The position numbers and the translations under genes are program-made. The notes under the pieces were generated by a model. The model ran no database searches and had not been told where the DNA came from. It was given only the letters and a program-made list of their open reading frames with translations. A stretch of 64,000 nucleotides of DNA from an uncultured Nautiliales bacterium (lineage in GTDB: Bacteria > Campylobacterota > Campylobacteria > Campylobacterales > Nautiliaceae), in contig CAYULY010000003.1 of the NCBI GenBank assembly GCA_964445785.1, positions 4,084 to 68,083 on the forward strand, given 5' to 3'. This document shows positions 39,006 to 49,346 of this stretch, one piece after another (the first letter of the stretch is position 1; the number at the start of each line of letters is the position of its first letter).

Positions 39006-39698
39006 TCAACCTTTTAAATTAAGCTCTTTTTTTAATTTCTCTATGGTAAGTCTTGCACCCTCTTGCTGGGCTGTTTTTTTGCTCTTACCTTTCGCCCTTG
39101 CGTACTCTTTATCGTGGATAAAAACTCCTATCTCAAACTCTTTTTTGTGGTCTGGTCCGGTTGTGCTTATGAGTCTGTATTCCGGTACTACGCCAAAATG
39201 AGCTTGAGTAATCTCTTGAAGAGTCGTTTTATAATCTTTTAAAAGTTCTTCCGGTGTAATTACCGGATATTCTTGTTCTAAAAGTCTAAGGGCTACTTCT
39301 TTTGCTTTCTCAAATCCGGATTCTAAATAAATAGCCCCCATTATAGCTTCAAAAGCACTTGATAGAATTGAAGGTTTTTCCCTTCCGTTGTTGTTTTCTT
39401 CTGCCGGAGATAAAAATAAAAATTCTCCTAAATTAATTCTTTTTGCAAGTTTGGTAAAAGAGTCTTCGTTTACAAGAGCTGCTCTTAATTTTGATAAAAT
39501 ACCTTCTTCAGCTTTGGGAAAAAGCCTAAAAAGATATTCTCCAACTATCAAATCCATTACGGCGTCACCTAAAAATTCCAGTCTTTCGTTGTTAAATTCT
39601 TTTTTGTAACTTCTATGAGTTAGAGCCTCGGTTATCAATTTTTCGTTTTTAAACTGATATCCCAAGCTCTTTTCGAGTTTACTTATATCTTTACGCAT
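39006..39698 (-). CDS. rnc: ribonuclease III
   Basis: NERLEFLGDAV signature plus dsRBD (DYKTTLQE). Confidence 0.97.
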   Translation of the reverse strand: MRKDISKLEKSLGYQFKNEKLITEALTHRSYKKEFNNERLEFLGDAVMDLIVGEYLFRLFPKAEEGILSKLRAALVNEDSFTKLAKRINLGEFLFLSPAEENNNGREKPSILSSAFEAIMGAIYLESGFEKAKEVALRLLEQEYPVITPEELLKDYKTTLQEITQAHFGVVPEYRLISTTGPDHKKEFEIGVFIHDKEYARAKGKSKKTAQQEGARLTIEKLKKELNLKG

Positions 39699-40464
39699 TT
39701 ATTATCCTTTGTTTTGTTTTTGGTAAATATTCTAAAGAGTCGGTATTAAATTCTATCAAAGAATTTAAATCGAAAAAAGCCGGTTTACTTGAAAGATAAA
39801 AAAATAAAAAATGAACGAGTGCACTTATTTCGTTTTTACACTCCAAACATTCACTGTTTTTTATAATATCGCATTTTTCATCTTCAAGTTCCCATATTTT
39901 AGCTATTTTACTTGCTATTTCAAAAAGGCTCATACCCGTTAATCTTTTTAAAAGAGTACCTATTTCCATAGGAGCAGAATTTAAAATAAGCTCAAGCTTA
40001 TCTTTTTTTTCTCCAAGAAGCATATCGCAAACACAAACTGCAACCGGGATAATAGCTCCAATTTCCGGATATTTTTTATATTTTTCCTCTCCGAATTCAA
40101 ATATCATAGACTCTTCGTAAGATTTCAAAAATTCCGCTTGAAAAGCTTTAAAATTGATATTAAATATTTTCCACTCTTTCGGTTCTAAAAGAGAAACTAT
40201 ATAGCTATATACTAGATTTGTAGCCATTTCAAGACCTATCATAGTAAATAATTGAACGGTATTTTCAACTTTCTGAGAAAGAGAAAAATAAGCGGAATTT
40301 ACAACGCTTTCAATACGCTTTTTTAAAACCAAATCTTTTTCGGCTTCTTTAGCGGCTTCTTTTAAATTGCCTTTTTTTAAATATTTCAGTGTAAATAGGG
40401 CATTTTGCGGTATGGGAGGTACTTGTTTTAAATACTCTTTTATCTTCTCCTCCGAAATTAGCAT
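39691..40464 (-). CDS. HDOD-domain protein
   Basis: VPPIP, DLVL....VVNSAYF, IAKIWEL typical of HDOD. Confidence 0.75.
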   Translation of the reverse strand: MLISEEKIKEYLKQVPPIPQNALFTLKYLKKGNLKEAAKEAEKDLVLKKRIESVVNSAYFSLSQKVENTVQLFTMIGLEMATNLVYSYIVSLLEPKEWKIFNINFKAFQAEFLKSYEESMIFEFGEEKYKKYPEIGAIIPVAVCVCDMLLGEKKDKLELILNSAPMEIGTLLKRLTGMSLFEIASKIAKIWELEDEKCDIIKNSECLECKNEISALVHFLFFYLSSKPAFFDLNSLIEFNTDSLEYLPKTKQRIINA

Positions 40465-40886
40465 ATATTTTTCCTTTTTAAAGCTTCTTCTTTTGCAATT
40501 TTATCACAAATTTCGTTTTCTTTATGTCCGGAGTGCCCTTTTACCCAATTGGTACGGATTATGTGATTTTGGCTTAAGTTTATAAACTCTTTCCAAAGTT
40601 CAGAGTTTTTTATGTTCTTAAAATTCTTTTTTATCCACCCCTCAAGCCATTCGCTAATTCCTTTTACAACATAAGTGGAATCCGAATAAAGTTCTACTTC
40701 ACAAGGTTCTTTTAATACTTTTAGGGCTTCTATTACGGCTATTAGTTCCATTCGATTATTAGTTGTAAGCGTTTCTCCCCCTTTTAGGATTTTTTCGTGG
40801 GATTTATACCTTAAAATCGCACACCACCCCCCGGGACCCGGATTTCCAAGAGAGCTTCCGTCCGTAAAAATTTCTATTTTTTTCAA
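40458..40886 (-). CDS. rnhA: ribonuclease HI
   Basis: [32 protein letters not shown]. Confidence 0.97.
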   Translation of the reverse strand: MKKIEIFTDGSSLGNPGPGGWCAILRYKSHEKILKGGETLTTNNRMELIAVIEALKVLKEPCEVELYSDSTYVVKGISEWLEGWIKKNFKNIKNSELWKEFINLSQNHIIRTNWVKGHSGHKENEICDKIAKEEALKRKNIC

Positions 40887-40991
40887 CTGTTACCTTTCGG
40901 ATATTTTTTATCAATTAATAAAAGAGTTATTTTGTCTTTTTTTATTTTTGTGTTATAATAGTTTCACAAATTTTATCAAAAGGAGGCACAA

Positions 40992-41378
40992 ATGCCAAAA
41001 ATTAACAGATATCAAGATATTTCTCAAATCGACAGAGAAGCAAAAAAAGATTATATCGACAGACATTCGCCATTTATTCATTGTAAAGACACAGCAAAAA
41101 AAGGTAAAAAATTCAAAGTAAAAGTAAAAGTAGGAAACGAATATTCTCATCCAGACGATTTTGACCATTATATCGCTTACGTTCAATTATGGAACGGCGA
41201 AACTCTACTCGGACAAGCAACATTCACTCCGGGAGTTCTTGGAAATCAAAAAGAGCACGTTGAAGTTGATTTTCATATCGTTCCGACTACAAACAAACTT
41301 ACACTTACCGCAATGGCTTATTGTACTAAACACGGATTATGGGAAAGTGAAGTAAAAGAAGTGGAAGTTAGCGAATAA
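40992..41378 (+). CDS. superoxide reductase-like protein (class II SORL / neelaredoxin-type)
   Basis: DRHSP, HPDDFDHYI and YCTKHGLW supply the His4-Cys iron site. Confidence 0.85.
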   Translation: MPKINRYQDISQIDREAKKDYIDRHSPFIHCKDTAKKGKKFKVKVKVGNEYSHPDDFDHYIAYVQLWNGETLLGQATFTPGVLGNQKEHVEVDFHIVPTTNKLTLTAMAYCTKHGLWESEVKEVEVSE

Positions 41379-41463
41379 CAACCTCTTTTTTCCCCTCTTT
41401 ACATATGAGTTCTTTACAACTATATTTTTTAATTAAATACATAAATTAAATACAGATTATTTA

Positions 41464-41492
41464 TTGACACTACTAATTTTTTGATATATAAT
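41464..41492 (+). promoter_or_regulatory. consensus sigma70 promoter of the cyd operon
   Basis: TTGACA (41464-69), 17 nt, TATAAT (41487-92). Confidence 0.8.
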
Positions 41493-41517
41493 TTCTATAG
41501 CCTCGAAGGAGGGCTTT

Positions 41518-41748
41518 ATGATTAAACGTATTCTGTTTTTTTACATTGACGGGTTTAAAAACATGTCAAGTTTAGGTCAAAAACTTTGGCTTATTATTAT
41601 CATAAAGTTAGTGGTAATTTTTGTTGTCTTAAAAGTCTTCTTTTTTCCGACGATTGATTCTAAAATCAAAACAACACAAGCCAAAGAAGCACTTTATCTA
41701 AAACAATTGACAAAAGTTACCGCTAGCGAACAATATAAGGAGGAATAG
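41518..41748 (+). CDS. DUF4492 small membrane protein (cyd operon leader)
   Basis: FYIDGFKNM..LG.KLW.III.KL..IF.VLK.FFFP; directly upstream of cydA. Confidence 0.85.
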   Translation: MIKRILFFYIDGFKNMSSLGQKLWLIIIIKLVVIFVVLKVFFFPTIDSKIKTTQAKEALYLKQLTKVTASEQYKEE

Positions 41749-41749
41749 C

Positions 41750-43324
41750 ATGATTGATTTGAGCATGCTTGAATGGGCTAGAGCCCAGTTTGCTATGACG
41801 GCAATTTTCCACTTTTTCTTCGTACCGTTTACGCTGGGTATGTCTTTTATTGTAGCGTTTTTTGAGACCATCTATGTAAAAACCGGTAAGAAAGAATGGA
41901 AAGAAATTACTCAATTTTGGCAATTAATCTTCGGAATTAACTTTGCTATCGGTTTATCTACAGGTATTATTCACGAATTTGAGTTTGGAACCAATTGGTC
42001 CACATACTCATGGGTTGTCGGTGACTTGTTTGGAGCACCACTTGCAGTTGAAGGTATAGTTGCGTTTTTTATGGAAGCGACATTTGCGGCAATCGCTTTT
42101 TTCGGATGGAAAAGAGTTAGTCCAAAAGTTCATTTAGCTGCATCTTGGTTACTTGCAATAGGTTCAAATCTTTCAGCACTTTGGATTTTAATTGCAAACG
42201 GATTTATGCAACATCCAAGTACTGATTTCGGTACATTCAATATCGATACTGCTAGACTTGAAATGACAAACTTCTTCGCATTAATCACTCAACCTGTTGC
42301 ACAAGTGAAATTTTTACATACGATTAGTGCTTCTTATACTCTAGCGGCATTATTCGTATTAGGTATTTCATCTCTTTACTTATTAAGAGGAAAACACGTA
42401 GATTTCGCTAAAAAATCTGCAACAGTCGCAGCAGCTTTCGGTCTTATCGCTTCAATTTTCACAGCGGTAATCGGAGACGAACACGCATATGAAGTAGCTA
42501 ATACTCAACCTACAAAAATCGCTTCGGCAGAAGGTTTAATTGTTGGTGAAAGAGGAGCACCTATTGTTGCTATAGGTATTCCTAAAGATTTAGACCCTAC
42601 TAAAGTTACAAGCAACGATGAAGCTTTCGTATTTAAAATCGAACTCCCTAAAATGTTATCACTTCTTGGGAAAAGAGACCCTAACGCTTTCGTACCGGGA
42701 TTAAAAGATTTAGTTGAAGGTAATCCGGAATACGGTATTTGGCCGTTTAAAAAACTTCACGATGAAGGTGCAAAAGCTATTGAAGCACTAAAATCTTACC
42801 ACGTAGCAAAAGCGAACGGTAACACAGCTGGAATGGAAAAAGCAAAAGAAGAATTCTATAAAGTTGTAGCTGATGTTGACGGTGTGAAAGTTACAAGAGC
42901 GGATTTAATAGGATACGGATATTTAACCAATGCTAAAGACTTATATCCGCCAGTATCTCCGATGTTCTATTCATTCCACATTATGGTTGCATTAGGATTT
43001 TGGTTTATCTTATTATTTGCTTTAGCATACGCTTCAATTATAAAAGGAGCGTTCGAAAACAACAAATTGGTTCAAAAACTTGCGGTTATTTCAGTTCCGT
43101 TACCTTGGATTGCAACAAGTTTCGGATGGATGACAGCAGAAGTAGGAAGACAACCTTGGACGGTATTCGGTGTTCTACCTACAGTTCATTCGGTAACTCC
43201 TATTGCATTAACAAACATTCAAGCGACATTCTTTATGTTCTTAACAGCATTCGTTATCTTAGGAATTGCTGAGCTTAAAATCCTATTTACGGTCGTTAAA
43301 CACGGACCAAAAGGAGCACACTAA
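41750..43324 (+). CDS. cydA: cytochrome bd ubiquinol oxidase subunit I
   Basis: FHFFFVP, EFEFGTNW, KFLHT, QPTK.A..EG, FHIMV, EVGRQPW. Confidence 0.97.
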   Translation: MIDLSMLEWARAQFAMTAIFHFFFVPFTLGMSFIVAFFETIYVKTGKKEWKEITQFWQLIFGINFAIGLSTGIIHEFEFGTNWSTYSWVVGDLFGAPLAVEGIVAFFMEATFAAIAFFGWKRVSPKVHLAASWLLAIGSNLSALWILIANGFMQHPSTDFGTFNIDTARLEMTNFFALITQPVAQVKFLHTISASYTLAALFVLGISSLYLLRGKHVDFAKKSATVAAAFGLIASIFTAVIGDEHAYEVANTQPTKIASAEGLIVGERGAPIVAIGIPKDLDPTKVTSNDEAFVFKIELPKMLSLLGKRDPNAFVPGLKDLVEGNPEYGIWPFKKLHDEGAKAIEALKSYHVAKANGNTAGMEKAKEEFYKVVADVDGVKVTRADLIGYGYLTNAKDLYPPVSPMFYSFHIMVALGFWFILLFALAYASIIKGAFENNKLVQKLAVISVPLPWIATSFGWMTAEVGRQPWTVFGVLPTVHSVTPIALTNIQATFFMFLTAFVILGIAELKILFTVVKHGPKGAH

Positions 43325-44517
43325 TGAGTTGGGCACCATTTACAACGGACGCAACACATTTTTATCTACAAGTTTATTGGTGGATAATCATTGCGGTTCT
43401 TGGAGGACTATTCTTATTTATGACATTTGTTCAAGGTGGACAAACACTATTTCACGTTGCAAAAACGGAAAAAGAACAACAAGGTATCTTAAATTCTCTT
43501 GGTAGAAAATGGGAACTTACATTTACGACTTTAGTACTATTCGGTGGAGCATTATACGCGGCTTTCCCACTATTTTATTCAGTTTCATTCGGTGGAGCTT
43601 ACTGGGTATGGATGTTAATTTTATTTGCATTCGTACTTCAAGCGGTTTCATATGAATATATGAATAGAAAAGGAAACTTAATAGGTTCCGGAGCGTATAA
43701 ATTCTTCTTATACTTTAACGGTATTGTAGGAGTTGTTTTATTCGGTGCAGCAATTGGTACATTCTTTACAGGTTCAAACTTTACATTTGACTCGGCTACA
43801 AAAATTTTAGAGTGGGGTACTGCAAAAGACGGAATCAACTTAAGAGGTCTTGAAGCTGCAATCGATTTTACACACGGAGCTTGGTTTAACCTTGCAATGG
43901 GTATTTTAGTATTTGCAGTAGCAAGAATCTTAGGGGCACTATGGTTAATCAACGACTTAGACGATAATGATTTTGCAGACGTAATAAATAGACTTAGAGC
44001 AATAATTAGAAGATGTTTTATCGTACTTCTTGTTGCTTTAGTAGTTGTATTATATGGATTAGTAACTCTAAAAGGTTACGCTTATGATATTCACACTGGA
44101 AAAGTAACACTAGAACCGGGTAAATATCTACACAACTTATTAGCATTCGGTGCTGCTCAATTAATTGTTTTCTTATTAGGAGTGGTACTATTTGTAATCG
44201 GTGTATTACAAAGCGGATTTAAAAATTCTAAAAAAGGTATCTGGGCTACTGGTCTTGGTACTGTTTTAATCGGAATTATCGTATTTACATTAGCTGGACT
44301 TAACGGAACAGCTTATTATCCAAGTTATGCTGATTTACAAAGCAGCTTAACAATTCAAAACAGTTCTGGTTCTAAATATACTCTAGCGGTTATGGCTTGG
44401 ATTAGCGTATCGGTTCCTTTTGTTTTAGCTTACATCGTATACGTTTGGTATCAAATGAAAAAAGCGGGTCCTATTACAAAAGCTGAACTTGAAGACCCGG
44501 AATCTCATGCATATTAA
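43324..44517 (+). CDS. cydB: cytochrome bd ubiquinol oxidase subunit II
   Basis: Multi-TM; GRKWELTFTTLVLFGGA, AFP.FY, SLTI.NSS; follows cydA. Confidence 0.95.
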   Translation: MSWAPFTTDATHFYLQVYWWIIIAVLGGLFLFMTFVQGGQTLFHVAKTEKEQQGILNSLGRKWELTFTTLVLFGGALYAAFPLFYSVSFGGAYWVWMLILFAFVLQAVSYEYMNRKGNLIGSGAYKFFLYFNGIVGVVLFGAAIGTFFTGSNFTFDSATKILEWGTAKDGINLRGLEAAIDFTHGAWFNLAMGILVFAVARILGALWLINDLDDNDFADVINRLRAIIRRCFIVLLVALVVVLYGLVTLKGYAYDIHTGKVTLEPGKYLHNLLAFGAAQLIVFLLGVVLFVIGVLQSGFKNSKKGIWATGLGTVLIGIIVFTLAGLNGTAYYPSYADLQSSLTIQNSSGSKYTLAVMAWISVSVPFVLAYIVYVWYQMKKAGPITKAELEDPESHAY

Positions 44518-44526
44518 GGAGCGAAT

Positions 44527-44739
44527 ATGAGAAAATTTTTAGCACTAATTATGATATTTCTTGGAAGTTTTCTTTTTGCTTCCGAGAAACTTTTACCAAA
44601 CGGTATTAATCCGGAAGCTCAACACATTAATACGACTTGGGGATTAATTCTATTTTTTATGTGGCCTATTTTAATTATCGTTTCATATAAATTTATCGAA
44701 TTCACACTTAAAAAATCAGGAGTGGAAAAAGATTTATAA
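44527..44739 (+). CDS. small membrane protein, putative cytochrome bd accessory subunit
   Basis: AAGGAG RBS; 70 aa with signal-like N-terminus and one TM helix; 9 nt after cydB. Confidence 0.6.
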   Translation: MRKFLALIMIFLGSFLFASEKLLPNGINPEAQHINTTWGLILFFMWPILIIVSYKFIEFTLKKSGVEKDL

Positions 44740-44830
44740 TTTCTCTCCTTTTTCTTCCTAATCGTTTTTCCTATGTAAATTTTTTGTTATAATTTTATTC
44801 CAATCAACCACATTTATCGAGGAGAAATTT

Positions 44831-46408
44831 ATGATAAAAGAGTTAGAAAAAATCGGAATTAACACTAAAAACGTCATTCATAATCCTAGTTATGACAAAA
44901 TCATAGAAGACACTTTAAAAAAAGGTGAAGTAGAAGTAACTAAAAGTGGGGCAACTGCTGTTGATACGGGAGAATTTACGGGAAGAAGCCCAAAAGATAA
45001 ATATTTTGTAAAACAACCTCCTAGCGAAAATTTCATAGCATGGGGCGATATTAACCAACCTATCTCACTTAATACTTTCAAAAAACTTGAAGCTTTCACA
45101 AAAAAAGAACTTTCAAAAAATGATGGGCTATATGTTATAGACGTATTTGTAGGTGCTAGTAAGGAGAGTAGAAGAAGTATAAGATTTGTAACTCCTATAG
45201 CTTGGCAGGCACATTTTGTAATGAATATGTTTATTTTACCTACCGAGGAAGAGCTTAAGAACTTTAAACCGGATTTTACGTTTTTAGTAGGTGGTAAAGC
45301 AAGATATCCTAAATGGCAAGAAGAAGAACTTAATAGTGATATATTCGTAGCATTCAATATAGAAGATAATCTTGCCGTTATGAGCGGAACAATGTATGGT
45401 GGTGAAATGAAAAAAGGTATATTTACTATGATGAACTATTGGCTGCCACTTGAAGGTAAACTTTCAATGCATTGTTCTGCAAACGTTGGAGAAGAAGGTG
45501 ATGTCGCACTTTTCTTCGGACTTAGTGGAACAGGTAAAACAACTTTATCAACAGACCCTAAAAGAAAGCTTATCGGTGATGACGAACACGGATGGGATGA
45601 CAAAGGAGTATTTAACTTTGAGGGTGGATGTTATGCAAAAGTAATTAACCTGGATAAAGACAGCGAACCGGAAATTTATAACGCAATTAGAAGAAACGCG
45701 TTACTTGAAAATGTAGTAATTAAAGACAACGGAGAAGTAGACTTTACAGATGGTAGCAAAACTGAAAATACAAGAGTTAGTTATCCAATCGAACATATTG
45801 AAAACCACGAATGTACGCTTCAAGGCGGACATCCTAAAAATATCATTTTCTTAAGTGCCGATGCATTCGGAGTATTGCCACCGGTAAGTAAACTTACCAA
45901 AGAACAGGCAATGTACTATTTCCTAAGTGGCTACACTGCAAAAGTAGCAGGAACCGAAAGAGGTATTACAGAACCAGTTGCGACATTTAGTGCTTGTTTT
46001 GGTGAGCCTTTCTTACCACTTCATCCGACGGTTTATGCAAAACTTCTTGGAGAAAAGATCGATAAACATCAAGTAAACGTTTATCTTGTAAATACCGGAT
46101 GGACCGGTGGACCTTATGGGGTTGGAAAAAGAATGAGTATTAAAGATACAAGAGCTTGTATTAACGCTATACTTGACGGAAGTATAAACGAAGCAGAATT
46201 TGAAACTCTACCGGTATTTAATTTAGAAATTCCAAAAGAACTTCCGGGAGTTGATACAAGAGTTTTAAATCCTAGAAATACGTGGGAAGACAAAGAAGCT
46301 TATGATAAACAACTTAAAAAACTTGCCGAAATGTTTATAGAAAACTTTAAACGCTACGAAGATGTATCAGAAGGTAAAGAATTCGAAAAGGCAGGTCCTA
46401 AAATTTAA
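44831..46408 (+). CDS. pckA: phosphoenolpyruvate carboxykinase (ATP)
   Basis: [48 protein letters not shown]. Confidence 0.98.
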   Translation: MIKELEKIGINTKNVIHNPSYDKIIEDTLKKGEVEVTKSGATAVDTGEFTGRSPKDKYFVKQPPSENFIAWGDINQPISLNTFKKLEAFTKKELSKNDGLYVIDVFVGASKESRRSIRFVTPIAWQAHFVMNMFILPTEEELKNFKPDFTFLVGGKARYPKWQEEELNSDIFVAFNIEDNLAVMSGTMYGGEMKKGIFTMMNYWLPLEGKLSMHCSANVGEEGDVALFFGLSGTGKTTLSTDPKRKLIGDDEHGWDDKGVFNFEGGCYAKVINLDKDSEPEIYNAIRRNALLENVVIKDNGEVDFTDGSKTENTRVSYPIEHIENHECTLQGGHPKNIIFLSADAFGVLPPVSKLTKEQAMYYFLSGYTAKVAGTERGITEPVATFSACFGEPFLPLHPTVYAKLLGEKIDKHQVNVYLVNTGWTGGPYGVGKRMSIKDTRACINAILDGSINEAEFETLPVFNLEIPKELPGVDTRVLNPRNTWEDKEAYDKQLKKLAEMFIENFKRYEDVSEGKEFEKAGPKI

Positions 46409-46416
46409 ACAAGGCT

Positions 46417-47631
46417 TTAAATTTTGCCTTGTTTAATTGCATAAAAATATTTTTTTAATCTGCTGTATACTTTTTGTAAATAGTTTCTTGCTTCTTCATA
46501 TCTTAAATTGTTAATTAATCTTTCATAAACTTCTTTTGAAGATAGAGAGTTTATTTTCGGTAAAGCTTTTTTGATTGAATAATCTCCTCTTACTCTATAA
46601 CAAATTGTATTTCCTCTAAAATCTTTGTTGTTTGAATTAAAAGCACAGGCAACGTTTCCAGGTCCCGTATTATAAGCGGCTATAGTTAAATATAGTCTAC
46701 TTATTTTGTTTTTAACACCTCTAAAATATACATAATAGAGTTTTTTTAGATAAGCAGTTCCGATTAAGATGTTATTGTTTTCATTGTAAAGATAAGAAGG
46801 CGTTAAAAGTTTTGGAGTACCGTATAGCATTTTATAAGCGTCTCTTCCGGCGGTTGAAGGAACTATTTGCATAAGTCCAAAAGCCGGTACGTAACTTCTG
46901 GCCATCGGGTTATAGCTGCTTTCGGTTTCAATAATTGCATATATTAAATAAGGAGGAATTTGAAGTTTATAAGATTTTTGAGCTACTATAGGTTTTAGGT
47001 TTTTAGCTTTTTTTATATAAGTGTCGCTTGGCAAAGGAATATTTATCAAATAAACTTTTGAGTCTTTTATTTTGGACGTTCTTATATGAAAGTTTTTAGG
47101 CTTTATATAAGTTTTTACGTATGAGTTTATTTGAGATTGTGAAGGAGAGGTTTTAAATATTACGTCTTTTACAATAGGTCTATTTGATAAATTCGCTCTA
47201 ACCCCTATGTTTTTAAATTTCTCATCCACTTTTTTTAAGACGGGATTATTATCAAAAGCCACCTTGGTAGTTTCAGTAACTAACGTTTTTAGGGCTTTTT
47301 TTGCTTTTTGCAACGCTTCTTGAGGTGTTGTAGCGATTACTTCTATTTTTATTTTTTTATTTTGAAAGTCCACTTCTTTTCTGGTTTTTAAATCTTTTGA
47401 ATATTCTACAAATGTTTTTTTAGTTGTAAGCTTGGGTTCTTTCCAAAACTTTGAGAGGCTTTTTTTATATTCGTTAAACTCTTTATTTAAAGTTTCTTTA
47501 TAAGCTTGAAACTCTTTTTGAAGGTTGTTTTTATAGGTGTTAAACTCTTGAGTTTGGTTTTTTTTGAATTCGTCAAAAGAGTGAGCATTTAAAGAAGAAA
47601 GAAGTATAAGACTTATAATTACTCTTTTCAT
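46417..47631 (-). CDS. MltC-like lytic murein transglycosylase (DUF3393 + SLT)
   Basis: Signal peptide; IETESSYNP.A.S, GLMQ, AYNTG.G, EARNY SLT motifs. Confidence 0.88.
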   Translation of the reverse strand: MKRVIISLILLSSLNAHSFDEFKKNQTQEFNTYKNNLQKEFQAYKETLNKEFNEYKKSLSKFWKEPKLTTKKTFVEYSKDLKTRKEVDFQNKKIKIEVIATTPQEALQKAKKALKTLVTETTKVAFDNNPVLKKVDEKFKNIGVRANLSNRPIVKDVIFKTSPSQSQINSYVKTYIKPKNFHIRTSKIKDSKVYLINIPLPSDTYIKKAKNLKPIVAQKSYKLQIPPYLIYAIIETESSYNPMARSYVPAFGLMQIVPSTAGRDAYKMLYGTPKLLTPSYLYNENNNILIGTAYLKKLYYVYFRGVKNKISRLYLTIAAYNTGPGNVACAFNSNNKDFRGNTICYRVRGDYSIKKALPKINSLSSKEVYERLINNLRYEEARNYLQKVYSRLKKYFYAIKQGKI

Positions 47632-47640
47632 ATTTTATCC

Positions 47641-48054
47641 TTAGTAAGCTTCCATTAGGATGTAAAGTTTTCCGTCTTTTTTGCACTCTTTTATTATTTT
47701 CGCTTTTACACTCTTACCGTTTACGGTTTGTAAAGAGTAGCTTTGATAGTTTCTATTGACTCTGTTTCCGTATTTTGCCGCACTTGATGCAGAAATTGAT
47801 GTAACTTTTACACCTTTTTGATAAGCTATTTCGTTTAAGGCTTTAGAAATTGCTGATTTTCTTTGAGCAGCTTCTCCGTAATAGTTTCTCTTTGCTATGC
47901 CTACTCCTACTATTCTATCCGGATGTTTTGATTGGTATTCTAAAAAGTATTGAGGATTACATTCCTCTTTTGTTTGGAGAGGATTTATTGAGTCTAAATT
48001 AGGAGTTTGACATCCTAAAAAAATAAAAGGAAGCAAAAAAAAAAGTTTTTTCAT
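47641..48054 (-). CDS. LPP20-family lipoprotein
   Basis: Lipobox FLGC; GVG.A and A...ALNEIA.Q...V LPP20-like motifs. Confidence 0.7.
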   Translation of the reverse strand: MKKLFFLLPFIFLGCQTPNLDSINPLQTKEECNPQYFLEYQSKHPDRIVGVGIAKRNYYGEAAQRKSAISKALNEIAYQKGVKVTSISASSAAKYGNRVNRNYQSYSLQTVNGKSVKAKIIKECKKDGKLYILMEAY

Positions 48055-48638
48055 TATTTTGCTACCCCGAATTCTTTTTCTACTGCAGAGTCTAGTTCTT
48101 CTTGAGCTTTTTTACCTAAGAATTTTTGATAAAGAGCTTTGTTGTTTTGGTATGAAGTTTTAACAGCTTCTTTAACCGCTTCTTTTACTTGAGCTGTAGG
48201 CATAGAAACTTCTACAAACATTGTACCTTTTGGAGATATCCATAAGTTTTCTTGTTTGGTTCCGTTTAATACTTGAGAAGCCACTTGTTTTGATACGCTT
48301 TCAGTTACTTTATCAAACGTTTGGTTTGCACCTGTACCGGTAGTTGATTTAAATTGTTTAAACATATTTTTTACTTTAACAGAAATTCTTCTTGCAAGTG
48401 CGTCTCTTGCCGCTTGCATTGCTTCTTCTTTTTGAAATTGAAAATCGTTACCGGCATTTTTTTGAGCAGAACCTACTGCAACTATAGCTCCTTCCATATC
48501 TTCTGGATTGCATACCCATTTAGGTGCTTGAGCTCCTTCGATTTGGCAGCTAAAACTATTTGTTTGAGGTTGATTATTAGCACATCCAATAAATATTGTT
48601 GCTAATCCAATTCCTAAAGATAGAATATATTTTTTCAT
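48054..48638 (-). CDS. LPP20-family lipoprotein
   Basis: Lipobox FIGC; APKWV, AVGSA, A...ARDALARRISVKV. Confidence 0.8.
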   Translation of the reverse strand: MKKYILSLGIGLATIFIGCANNQPQTNSFSCQIEGAQAPKWVCNPEDMEGAIVAVGSAQKNAGNDFQFQKEEAMQAARDALARRISVKVKNMFKQFKSTTGTGANQTFDKVTESVSKQVASQVLNGTKQENLWISPKGTMFVEVSMPTAQVKEAVKEAVKTSYQNNKALYQKFLGKKAQEELDSAVEKEFGVAK

Positions 48639-48743
48639 AATTTCTCCTTAATTTTATTTTAATTTTTGATGTTATTATAACTAATAGCTTCAAGTTTTAC
48701 AAATTTTTGTATAATTAGCTGCAATTAAAAAAAGGAGCGAAAA

Positions 48744-49265
48744 ATGAAAAAATTTTTAGTCAGTGCAATAGCGGGAAGTTTTTTATTTGCGGATAATTTT
48801 ATCAATTTAAAAATAACAAATAATACAATTATGCCGGAAGCTCAAATAAGAATTTCTCTTACTCAACCTATTTACGCAAGAGGAGGAGCTTTAATTAATG
48901 ATAAAAAAGATAATTTTTATTATGTAGGTCTAAAAACGGAAGGCGAAATGATAGGTACTGATGTACCGGTTAATTTCGGATTGTTTGTGGATTACGTATA
49001 TGTAAAGGATAATTCGGCTCTACCTATTGGTGTAAGTGCCGACAGTTATTTAAAAAATTTTTCAATGCCTGTTTTTGTAAGAGGGGAGTTTGAATATGCT
49101 CCAAAGATTCTGAGTTTTAAAAATGCGGATAAATTTTTAAAAGTCCAAGTTGAAGCCGGTATCAGATTTATTGAAAACGGTGAAGTGTTTGCCGGATATA
49201 GAAATATAAGTTTTGATTCAAATTATAACAGCAGCTTTTATGGTGGTGTAGGGTTTGTATTTTAA
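48744..49265 (+). CDS. YfaZ-family outer membrane protein
   Basis: Signal peptide; ALPIG, YAPKILSF, AGYR, C-terminal GVGFVF. Confidence 0.75.
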   Translation: MKKFLVSAIAGSFLFADNFINLKITNNTIMPEAQIRISLTQPIYARGGALINDKKDNFYYVGLKTEGEMIGTDVPVNFGLFVDYVYVKDNSALPIGVSADSYLKNFSMPVFVRGEFEYAPKILSFKNADKFLKVQVEAGIRFIENGEVFAGYRNISFDSNYNSSFYGGVGFVF

Positions 49266-49294
49266 AAAAATTGAGTGAATTTATATAAAAGATG

Positions 49295-49323
49295 TTGACA
49301 TCTCTTGCCTCATTTAATATAAT
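49295..49323 (+). promoter_or_regulatory. consensus sigma70 promoter of the DUF1931 gene
   Basis: TTGACA (49295-300), 17 nt, TATAAT (49318-23). Confidence 0.8.
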
Positions 49324-49346
49324 TTTAAAAAACTTAAGGAGAAACT

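Noticed and set aside
39691-40464. HDOD protein between rnhA and rnc as an RNA-related system
   Set aside because: HDOD proteins are common signalling proteins in this lineage, and nothing beyond adjacency links it to the RNases
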